DNA from: Octopus sinensis
Lineage: Eukaryota
Reading direction: 5' to 3'
Length of the DNA stretch: 64,000 bases
Assembly (NCBI RefSeq): GCF_006345805.1
Contig: NC_042998.1
Location: forward strand, 78,988,001-79,052,000
Under the pieces are notes generated by a model. The model was given only the letters and a program-made list of their open reading frames with translations. It did not search any database and was not told the DNA's origin. The translations under genes were made by a program, and so were the position numbers. This document shows positions 52,761 to 64,000 of the stretch, in pieces. Numbering within the stretch: position 1 is the first letter of the stretch; every line of letters starts with the position of its first letter.

Positions 52761-53004
52761 TGATATAGCATTTCTCTTATCATACAGTACTTGAAAAAAT
52801 TGACGAGAGCTTGGCCAGAGGAAATACTTTATTCTTAGTCTTCTCAGTAATAGTCATCACTAAGTCTTTTTCACCATAGCCAGCATACAGAGTAAAGCTA
52901 CATGCCCTTCAGTGTAAAAAAACAATAGGACTATAATTGGTATTTTCTTTGCCAGTTGTTATCTCCATAACTGTAATCCATTGTTGATTGACTTTGTTTT
53001 GCAG

Positions 53005-53122
53005 GTGTTTAACTGTACATTTGATGGTAACTGTAGATTAGACCCACATACTCGAAAATTCTGCTCAAGTTGTCGTTTAAAGAAATGTTTTGCTGTTGGT
53101 ATGAAAAAGGACTGGATATTAA
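53005..53122 (+). CDS. Nuclear receptor DBD exon, zinc finger 2
   Basis: TTTTGCAG acceptor and A|GTGAGT donor (phase 0 to 1). Translation VFNCTFDGNCRLDPHTRKFCSSCRLKKCFAVGMKKDWIL has D-box CTFDGNC and the CRLKKC..VGM end of the DBD. Confidence 0.95.
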
Positions 53123-54194
53123 GTGAGTAACATTACCTGTTAGTTTCCCTTTTCTAGAGCGATTGACTCTTGAATATATACATCCTTTCTTGAGACATGT
53201 CAAAATGAGTTTCTAAAGTTGATAAAATGACTATTTGAAGATTATTTTTGGCTTTTTGTATCCTCTTTAACTACCTTTGAACAAATGGTTCTAATGAAAA
53301 GCTATAGTTCTGCCAATTGTTTCATTAACTTCCAGTGCTAAGTACATATCCTCATATAGGCTTCCAGGGAAAGTGTACTCCTCAAAGTATATAGAAATTG
53401 CTATGATAACTGGGATTCAATGTCTCTGTTGCATCTTCAGTAAAATAAAGTTAACAAATAAAGAACATAGATTTGGTTAGCTTTTCTTGCATTTCTACAT
53501 TAGAATTGTTTTGAAATCATGAGTAAACTCAGTTTAAAAAAAAAAAAAACGAATAAGCATTATACTGCCAGAAAAAACATATATCAACCTTTAGTCATAG
53601 CATAATTGTTGTTTTTATTCATTTATATATATATCTGGTTCAAATTGTATCAGGGGTAATGTAAATTGCCTTAGGGGGAATCTCAGTGGCTCATAAAATA
53701 TATATGCTAGTAATGGAGTATCTGACAACCATCTAAGAGATTAGCAGTTCATATCTTTTTATTGATACTATGTTCTGTCTTTGGGGAAAATGACTGAATC
53801 CACTAAATTGGAAACAGGTTCTACAGTTCTATCATTGTTGTCAGTTCCATAGTAGTGTTGTCTTCAGCCCAACCTCTGAGTCTTGAGAAGCTACTTTAAT
53901 ATTTGGCCTCATTGAAGAGTCTCCCATTTATTTCAGGCTGCCTTTTATTATATGTAGAATCTATTTCTGATTAAAGATATCATGTGATAATGTGTGCATA
54001 GCAGTCTAACCCCTGAGTAAACTCACCATACATCAAGCGTCTACTAAATCTTCCATGATGACATAATATTTTCATGACCATTTTGAGTCAATTCACTTGT
54101 TTGTGTTTCACTTCCCTACCCTTTTTTTTTATAATTAAACTGGTCCTTTGTCTTGTCAAAGTAAATATTTCTATTATTTTTTTCTTTCTTACAG

Positions 54195-54661
54195 ATGAAG
54201 AACAGCTTGCAAAACGGAGACAAAGACTTAGTTCATCACAACAAAGTAATACCCCATTAAATAATAATAATAACTCATCACCATCTCCATCAGCATCCAG
54301 TATCAGCTCATTTGAATATATGCAGCCACCATATGAAGACGCTGAGCCCGCGCTCGACGTCCCAAACTTAAAAACCTGGGTCTATCCTGCAGACAAATAT
54401 CCAGTCAGCCATCACCTGTTTTGGAATACCTTAGAAGTGTCGGAATCAACTTCACAAACAATTACATATATTCGCATGGTCGTCCAAGAACATGAAAACA
54501 CATTTAATGAAAACTACCCCAGTGGGGCTTTTGTAATACCTAAAAACACTAAGGAATTTTTTGTCCTTAGTAATGTGTTCATATGTAGACTTATCAATTT
54601 CATGAAATACATTCCAGACTTTCAAAAGCTGCCCAAAGAAGATCGTATATCCATTTTCAGA
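54195..54661 (+). CDS. Nuclear receptor hinge and N-terminal ligand-binding domain exon
   Basis: CTTACAG acceptor (phase 1) and AGA|GTAATT donor (phase 0). Reads (N)EEQLAKRRQR, a Ser/Asn-rich hinge, then RLINFMKYIPDFQKLPKEDRISIFR, the LBD helix 3-4 signature. Lies within ORF 54074..54724. Confidence 0.93.
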
Positions 54662-57600
54662 GTAATTATAATTTTTTCTCATTTATATTTTGTTTATCGA
54701 GATGTTTTTTTTATATTTGCCTGATTGTTTGCTTTCTGTTATTTCATTGAGAGATTTAAATCTCTTTGTATCATTATAATCATCATTATCATCACCATAA
54801 ATATCATCATTACTATTATTGTCTGCAGTTTTGTATTTGCTGTTAGTTCTTGTTAGTACTTGAAAATCTACCCATCTATGATACTGGCATAAGATGACGG
54901 AGGTAAGTCATAACAGCAGTATGTATTGAGAAATGTGCAAATGGACTTGATAGATTACTGGGTGATATCTTAGAGATATCACATTATTGTTGGTGATACA
55001 GCATTCTGTTGCAGCTATATGACGTGTGTTTGCGACTAAGTGACATATGAGGATGATTCATTCCCAAACTGAAATAAGTTCCCAGCCTCTGTAACATGAA
55101 TGCTTATGTGGACCACCCCTAACAAAAGTCTGAGCTTCCTTCGACAACTACATAAAAAGTATTAAGAAAAAAAATGTTATTTAGATATACTTTTATTTTA
55201 GTTGTTTACACTATTTTACGCTTGTTTATACTCTTATACAAAATTCACAAATTTCTTAATTTAAATTATGAATAATATTCCTTTTGATAATATCAATATG
55301 ATTACAAAACTTCTTTGTAGAAGATAGTTTCTGTTAGGTCGACACTAATTTTCAAATTACTGGAGTCTTCTGTATAACACTGTATGAATTTTCTAGTCAG
55401 AGTTATTTAGATGGGTTGCCTTCATTCCCATTATAGAATCCATGTCTTTTCCATGTAATTAATGTTGAACTCTGTTCATTAACCCATTGACTTTGTCTGC
55501 AATATGTAACTTCCTAGATGGACCACTTTTATTTATGTCTCATTATGATATAGATAAGTTATTTAGCTTCTAAATGTGCTTGCAATCTAAGGCCAATAGG
55601 AATAATGCCTGTCTCTATAAAGAAGTGGAGAGGAGGTTTAATTATAGCTCCTATGAGAACACACAGCAACAATATTTATCAAGTGCTCTGCTATACTCTA
55701 TCAGATTTTGTTAATGGTTACTACTGTCTTGGATGAATTTCTTTTGCTTCACTTGCATAGTCCATATTTCTTCTGTAATAATGAGGGAAGATCTCTTTTC
55801 AAACACAATTGAGTTTGTTTGCTTGCTTTTACTGTAGCTGAGAAGTTTTGTCTCTTTATAATAAAAAGCAGGTATAGCTAGAAAAAACAGTTACTAAATA
55901 AAGATTTCAATAAATATGCAATTTCCAAAATTTCAGTTAATCTAAATATCTAACCTATTACCATATTATGCATATTTTGCTTGCATGAGTGTCATTTAAA
56001 TTCATTAGGATTCAGCCCACATTCATAACTTGTTTACCTTCTTGTGACATATGTATATATGTATGTACATACATACATATGTATGTATAGCGAGCACAGG
56101 TAATATATACAAGTTCATCTTGATTTTTTTTTTAAACCATCCCTCATGCATCTGTAATCAGCTTTTCAATGTGAAAAACCTCAAGAGGCTGCATAAAAGT
56201 TAGTATGGAATTACGTTTCGAAAATCTACTGAGGAAAGATTCTTTCAGCAATATTGCAGTAAATAATTAAGGTTATGGAGTATATGACTAAACATCTCTC
56301 AGTATTTAATTCTATTTGTGGCTGTTTGTATTTCATAGATGTTTTTACAATCATTCTTCATACAAATATATCTGACTCAATCTTTTTTTTGATTGATCAT
56401 AAAGGTACCTGCATATCTGAAAGAATGAAATTCTGTTAATCATTAGCATGCTTGAGAGCAAAATTGCAAACAAGCTGTCAGATAAATATTCAGATTGCTA
56501 GAGATTAGAGTAAGCTTTGACAAATAAGAAAAAAAATAAATTCAAAAGAAACTGGTGATGATCTACAATACCAGAGAGAGAGAGAGAGAACTGACAAAAT
56601 TGCTAAAGAAAATACAAAATGGTGAAGGTGGGGTCTGCTCAAAACATCAAAATTCACTGTACACACAAACACACCTTTTCTATGAATTTAAAGTTTTTTT
56701 TATTATTATTATGAAGATGTCTATGTTTTATAGAATATATTGAGAAAGTTTGATTGAAATATTTATTATAGAAAAAAAGCATATTCATTAAAATATATTT
56801 AGTCCTACTATATAAAGTACTTTTCATTAAAACCCAAGTTTAACAAAGAAACTTCTAAGGAGCTGAAATATTTATATAAGATTTCTTTAAGGAATCCATA
56901 TAAGGAATTATAACCATGGCATCATTTGACACCTTGGTTTTCTACTCAAACTTGTTTCTTCATAAAATTTCGGCAGCTATACCCCTCAACAGCAAGTCTA
57001 AATATATTTCAATGAATGGAGTCTATTTGATAAATATGTATCTTTGTGTTTGGTAGGTAATACTTTCTGTGTGTTCTGGAAAAATTGATTTTAATATTTC
57101 AGATGTGGCATGACTCCAAGCAAGTCAGGTTATAAACAAATGTCTACTGTAGTGCATATATCTAAAATGTTAAGATAATTTGAAAGGTGACATTTCTATA
57201 ATTCTTATATCTAATATTCTTTCTGTTGTTATCTAACATGGGAAAGAACATGATTATCAATGCAAGGAGAAATTCATAGAATATAAATTTGTTTTCAGTA
57301 ATGAAAATGAATTACCAGAGGATATGAGAAATTGCATATTTTAGAAGTATATGTACTTTTTCAACGATTCAATGCTCTTTGTTATACTACATCTAAAACA
57401 TTGTTCTGCTACTGTCTCAATATGTAACAAAATCAAAGACATAATTTATTTTACAGACAACATTTATATTATTCGTAAGACAATTGACTGATAAATTATG
57501 GAACAAAATTGGAGAGAAAAATTTATTTATATGACCTATAACAGTATTCAGTAATGACCTAAGTATGTAGCTCTTAACATTGGAGTAAAACACATTTACA

Positions 57601-60600
57601 TTATGTGTAAGACGATTGATAAATTGTGGAACGAATCAAAGGTATAATGCATTATTTATATTATTCATAAAACAATTGATGGGGAAATAAATATTTTCCA
57701 TTAAGTGTCATATTTTTAGAATTCACAGCTTGGTAGCCAGTTACTCCCTTTGTTCACTGGGATTGGGGCTCTAACTTCAGTCATATTCATTTTTCTCTGA
57801 TATGAAAAGAAGGATGTTATACACTGCATTAAGATTTGTTGAAGTATCGACAACATAGTTGAATTGTAACAGAATAATACAGATAGCTCGTACCTTCAGT
57901 TTCATTTTATAGGTGAGAATGCTTTAAGCATTTACTATATACATTATTCTTTCAACATATTTTTCAATAATTTTCATAACATAGTCACAATAGAAAGTCA
58001 GAGACGTGAACCAATATTTTCTCATGGACAGTTGCATGTAGCTCTTTTACTTCTTGACATGAAGATAAAAATATGAACTATCAAGTTAGAAGAGTTGACA
58101 AGTGTACTACAAAGAGTATAGTTTTTAAAGATATGCTCTCCAAAGACTTCAACTTAAGTACTATTATAAGGATTTTATGCAATCTCAAGAATCAGACACT
58201 TCAGGGGAAAAATGCAACTTCAAGAAAAACTACATATTTGATAGTTCTTTGTAAACTTCCAACAATCTTATTGGTTTCAAAATAACTGTGGAATTTCTAT
58301 GGGTGCTGCTTGTATAGATTAATGGTGCCTCAAAAATTAAGTATAGCTCTTGGTTTTTAAAAAATTCTTCTATTCTGAGCAATTTGATAATTTGTTATAT
58401 TTGTCAGCAGTCTTTCTATAATAGAATTAATGTATGTTCAAAAATTTGCTGCTAATGTGCTGCTGCTACTGCAACTACTACTACTACTACTGATGTGTAT
58501 CAAGTAGATGATTAATTAACAGTGAGATAAAATTGTTGCTATTTTACTACTATTTCTACTTATACAGATCCTGAAATCTATTTTCCTTAGTCTTATGTTA
58601 TTACCATTCTCTAGCATTTAGATATCCCTCACACTGAACTTTTTTTACATTCTAGAAGTTTTTATTTTCCTAAAAATTACAAAAATCAGATGTATTTTTT
58701 TTAGTAACCATTTTAAGGCCATTTTCCCTGCTGAATTAGGGGTTAACGTCACAGCTTCATTAGAAAGGCTATTTTCGTTTTGAAGTACGCTCGTCATCGT
58801 TCCTTTTTTAAGGTAGTTCTCTTTCTAAGTACTTCCTCAGCTAAACCTTTCAGTCACCTCTTGTGACATGTAAGTTTTAGAATAATGTATTCAGTCTAAA
58901 ACCAGAATGCACACAGTACAACCATGATCACACAGGATTCAATTGTGACAATGGAAGCCGTAATAAATTATAATATTAACTAGCTGGCCCCGTGCCATCA
59001 AAATTGATGGCTAATTGTAGTATTTTATATATAAATAAGGACAAGAGATAGAATATGGAAGGTATTTCAAATTAATACACTTCTCAATATTATCTAGTAA
59101 TTGTATTTTGAGATGTGACATCAATCATCGTTTGTTACTGAAAGAATGCTGGTTCATACATACAAACATTCACATACCTTGTACTCACACAGAGTTGAAA
59201 TGCTGTTTGATTTTTGTTTTCACTGTAGAATTTCCATCATCCCATTACCAGTTTGCCATCACCCCTTCCTTTCTCATTCATATGTTGTGATGGAGAAAAA
59301 TACAAGAGTATTATTATAGTTGATAATGCTTTCTACTATAGGTGCAAGGCTTAAAATTTGTGGGGAATTTGAACTCAGAATGTAAAGACAAACAAAACAC
59401 TGCTAAGCATTTTGTCCAGTGTGCTAACAATTCTGTCAGCTTGCATTTTGGCATAGCAGTTTTAAATGGAAGGGGTTTGTTGATTACATTGGTCCCAGTA
59501 CTTGAGTGACTCTTTACTCTACCAATTCCAGAATGATGAAAGGTAAAATTGACCTCAGCAGCATTTGAACTTAGAACATAGTAAACTGGGAGAAATATTA
59601 CTTGGTATTTTTCGTTTTAAAGATGATCAAATGACCCTGTTTGCTCTCTACATTAATAAGGATGATAATAATAATAGTCTCTTATATTTTCCACAAGGGT
59701 GAGGATAGGGGTCATTACAAAGGCAGGGATTCCTTCTATTGACACAGGACAGCAACATTTTTAGAAGAATGCATATATCTGACTAAATCAACCACAATAC
59801 ATAGCTAACACTATTTTATTGATTCAATACAAAGTAAGTGTAATTTGATAAAGATCTCTAATTTATGCACAAGACAACAAGATGATGGGGAAGGAGTAGT
59901 CAATTAAATCAACATTGGTATTTAACTGGTGTTTTATCAGCCATTAAAGTGGGGAAGCTTGATAATTAGACTCAAAACATAAAGATTTAACTTTTAGTTA
60001 GTATGAAACATTTAGCATTCAGCATTTAGTCTGATGTTCTATCATTTTTACCATCCACTGATTTCTCCTACAATTTAATTATAATATCAATTCTCAGAAC
60101 AAGTTTTGTCTTGTACCAACTTCAATTTATTATTAACTATTTATTTACATTAATTACCTTCTCTTTGCTTCTCAGTACTACAATAAAATAACTTAACCAG
60201 ACTGTAAGTTAACCATATTCTGTAGCTAATTATAATAGAAGTATTTTATGTAACCATTAATTTATAAAATTCACATTTTGGAATTTTTACCTATTGTAAT
60301 TATTGCTGTTGAGTCTTTGGTCAAGATCAGCTGTGATTAACTGTATTCCAGCCAGTAGGGTGTAGTATGAGGGAGATTTGACTACTATTTCTTGCAGGTC
60401 AAACAACCACATAAATGCTCTTCTGTTAGCTTGTCACTGGTTTCATTGTTGTTGCACTTGATATAATTTTTTTTTTTTGTGTTAGTCTACAATTGTTATT
60501 CAAAAATCTTTATCCTTTTTGAAAACTAATAAGACGGCGAGCTGGCAGAACTGTTCACATGCCAGGAAGAATGCTTAGCAGCATTTTGCCTGTCTTTATG

Positions 60601-61404
60601 TTTTGAGTTCAAATTCTGTTGAGTTTGACTTTGCCTTTCATCCTTTCAGAGTCAAAGTATCGGTTGAATGCTAGGTCAGTATAATTGACTTCCCCACCCC
60701 TCAAAATTGTTGGCCTTGTGCCAAAATAAATAAAGGACTATTATTGAGAACTTATGATGATCATTATTGTGACAGGTGCCATAGAACAAGAAGCAAGCTA
60801 CCCCTGAGCCAAGTCTACAATTGAATGTTGATTACTGGTTGAAACAAATCGTTTTTCATTTTTTCAAATAATGTATTTTAAAAATGCTTAGGCAATATAA
60901 GGCAGAGGCATAGTTGTAGAGATAAGAAATCTACTTCAGAAGAGATAAGAAATCTACTGTGGATCCAGGTTCAATCCCACTGGACAATAATATACTACTA
61001 TAAAGCATTGGATAAAATGCATTGCAGTATTTATTCTGGATCTATACATTATGAATTAAAATCCCACTGAAGTCACCTTTACTGTCCATCCTTTCAGGGT
61101 CGGTTAAGTACCAGTGAAGTACTAAAGTTAGTTTTGCCAACTAACCGTTTCTCTCAAAATTGCAGGCCTTGTCCCTTAACCTAACTGGATCATTAGAGCA
61201 TTGAAAAAATTGCCATGTGATGTTCATTCTAGCCTTTTATGTTCTGAGTTCAAATCCTATCAAGGTTAACTTTGTCTTTTAGTCTTCTGAGGGTCAATAA
61301 AATAAAGTACCAGTCAAGAACTAGGGTCACTGATATTGACGGACTCCTTCTTTCAAATTTTTTGGCCTTGTGTCTAAAACAGAAATTATTATTATTAATA
61401 TTAT

Positions 61405-61864
61405 TCTATGTTTTACATTTGTACAAGTTGGCTCCAAGTCTCTCCCAGAGACCTCAAGAGACAACAAGTTGGAAGTTCATGTTGGTGCCATATATTTGGA
61501 TTTGTGCTTACTGTTGTAGTAGTGAATGTTTAAGAAACCATAAGAAAATTATGTTTGTTTTGAAACTTGATATTACATAGAAAGAATTTTGTGTAGGATA
61601 TGAGCAGTTCCCATGAGCACTATCATTTGAATTTCTGCCATTTTTGAGTTTCCTGGTATCTGATTTAGGTAGCAATCAGCCCCTTTTGCTATCATTCCCA
61701 GGGCACCTATGACAACAGGTATTGTTTTAGTCTTCAGGTTCCACATTTTACTGATTTCTATTTCAAGATCTTTATATTTGCTCAGTTTTTGGTAGGTCTT
61801 CACAGATACGTTTATATCGATTGGGACAATCATATCAATGAGAAAGCATGATTTTTATCTGAAG

Positions 61865-61866
<2 letters not shown>
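61405..61866 (-). mobile_element. 5'-truncated R4/Dong-like non-LTR retrotransposon (RLE C-terminus + 3' UTR) in (TAA)n
   Basis: CFLIDMIVPIDINV..K..KYKDLEIEISKMW...IPVVIGALG matches the restriction-like endonuclease C-terminus of the R4/Dong clade. Flanked on both sides by ATT repeats (61385-61404, 61867-61906). Confidence 0.85.
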
Positions 61867-61906
<40 letters not shown>

Positions 61907-63704
61907 GCTGCTTCTGCTGCACTTGTTCACATTTAAAAATTCCATCCTCTATTAACTTATCAGATATTATCAAAAACCCAATCATGAAGAACTACTTAAG
62001 ACTTAATAATTCCCCAAGATTGCAATTGTGTGTCACAAATTTTGCCTGGAAGTTACTTAATGTTGAATCCCTATTTGATCATAGTGAGTGCTTGTATAAC
62101 AATTGACACTACCTTTTATTTTTGATGTTTCATATTGTTTTGATCTTGGTCACTAGTTCATATTTTCTAATCTTCTTTACTTCCTTTGTAAGAAGATTTA
62201 CATTGTTTGGGAACACTACATGTATGTGCTTTCGCTTTCAAATTTTCTTACGCTTTAGCTTGCTTTGCTTCTGACAGTCTTTCAAGATGTTAATAGGTTC
62301 TTGCAACTGGAAGTTTTTCTTTATCCTCTTTTGTGGGTCACTCTGTTCAGTTCATTGTTTGTCGTGGCTGAATAAAAGATGTGATGATTACAACTAAAAT
62401 ACCTCTTCTCTTTTTGCTACTCAACAGATTTCATTAATTTTCATTACATTTTCATATTCTATCTTCTAAATAATGCTTGCGTACAGTTGTACATGTTATG
62501 CAACCAATGCAAGAATGAAATCTAAATACATAAAAATGTATTCAGTTTTTTTAGACTAGCCTGTAGTTTGCAGAAAGCTGAGGGTGATAAATAACCTAGC
62601 CGAGTCCAAGAATAAAATTAAGCAAATTCTTGCTTTCATTAGATAAGATGATTCTGGCATTTAGATCTGAAATAGTATGAATTATGATATTTGAAAATAC
62701 AACAAATATTGTATCTTGGTAAAGTTGTATTTGCTAATAATTTGTTTGTATTTAATAACTGAAAATAAATGTTAGTTATTATTGTTTAACCCAACATTAG
62801 TTCTGATTAGCTATGACCATCCTGTTTTTCTCTTTCTACCTCTAAAACTATGTGATCCAATGCAAATGTCTTTTCTTAAAACCATATATGATTTAACAGA
62901 ACTTGGCTGCTATTTCCCACATATCAAGTAACCATGTAGAGGCTTCTGTGTTAGCTTGTAAATGTTTAAAGGTTGTGACAGCTGACACCTCTCAACTTAT
63001 ATTTCCACCATTCTCTGATGTAAGCTAAAGACAAAAATTCTCTTTCCATTCCATTGTGCCATGCTGCCATTTTTTCCCTGAAAATGTAACTCCAGTTACC
63101 TATTCAGAGATAGATAGTACCTATATTTCTACACTGAAGAAGACAGACCTATAAATATATGATCACTAAAAGAACAGAGGAATTAATTGAAGTTCAGTGA
63201 AAATAGATTGAGTAGTAAATTATATAAATTCTTGAAAATCAGCATTTGAATTTCCTGAAAGGCATTTGTGATACAACTAATTGTAAGACACATTTTTCAA
63301 TGATACAACAATCATCATCATCATCATCATCATTTAGTGTCCGCTTTCCATGCTAGCATGGGTTGGATGGTTCAACTGGGGCCTGGGAAGCCAGAAGGCT
63401 GCACCAGGCCCAGTCTGATCTGGCAATGTTTCTACGGCTGGATGCCCTTCCTAACGCCAACCACTCCGTGAGTGTAGTGGGTGCTTTTTACGTGCCACCG
63501 GGACAGGTGCCAGACGAGGTTGGCAAACGGTCACGGTCGGATGGTGCTTTTTACGTGCCACCAGCACGGGCAATGCTAATAATAATGGCATTAGCCAATG
63601 GTTATTAGGAAAAGGGATTTTTCCAAAATGCAATATTTAATTGAAATTTCTATTTTATGTAATAAGCTATTTTTTAAAATCTCTTCTTTTATTTCTTTTT
63701 GCAG

Positions 63705-64000
63705 GGCAGCATCCGTGAAGTATCTTTAATCCGAGCATCAATGGCATATTCATATATTGAAAACATGTGGGTATTCAAAGACTGCAATGGAGAGAAGAGT
63801 TACCTGGACACAAATATCTTAAAGGCAACACTTGGTGATTGTTTGTACTCAAAGCTTGCACAGTTCATTCGCAGCTTCAAAATCGCCACAAACGACGACA
63901 AAGTTATCATGATTCTCTTACTCCTTATTGAGTTCTTTGACCAGGACAAGTCAAGTTTATTGAGTAGTGAGGTCGTAGTAGCTGCTCAGGAAAAATACAC
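63705..64000 (+). CDS. Nuclear receptor ligand-binding domain exon (continues beyond the window)
   Basis: Polypyrimidine + GCAG acceptor, phase 0, open to the window end: GSIREVSLIRASMAYSYIENMWVFKDCNGEKSYLDTNILKATLGDCLYSKLAQFIRSFKIATNDDKVIMILLLLIEFFDQDKSSLLSSEVVVAAQEKY, consistent with LBD helices 5-9. Confidence 0.92.

Noticed and set aside
54074-54724. 216-aa ORF as a standalone gene with hydrophobic ends
   Set aside because: Both hydrophobic ends are intron read-through; the real exon is 54195-54661.
57460-57680. Three imperfect local copies of CATTTATATTATTCGTAAGACAATTGA
   Set aside because: Short, AT-rich and degenerate, with no evidence of function.

Overview
AT-rich, microsatellite-dense eukaryotic DNA. 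The SINE/LINE repertoire suggests a coleoid cephalopod, probably Octopus (inference). The window is mostly one + strand, multi-exon nuclear receptor gene of the NR1J/HR96/DAF-12 group (P-box ESCKA). Its exons are 10508-10659 (start codon probably 10552), 46613-46777 (zinc finger 1, with an identical second copy at 48403-48567), 53005-53122 (zinc finger 2), 54195-54661 (hinge and start of the LBD) and 63705 onward (LBD, runs off the window). The splice phases join into one open frame. The introns hold decayed Tc1/mariner, CR1, RTE and R4/Dong-like elements, MITEs and several SINE-like families. Main highlights: (1) a perfect 146-bp-arm palindrome at 28702-28998, each arm carrying a minimal type I hammerhead ribozyme fold with the core C3-G8 pair swapped to G3-C8, within a cluster of foldback inserts in (TA)n tracts that look Penelope-like; (2) a 1.79-kb tandem duplication containing the phase 0-0 first zinc-finger exon; (3) three ATGs in three frames at the receptor start. 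Most ORFs in the supplied track are microsatellite or repeat noise.
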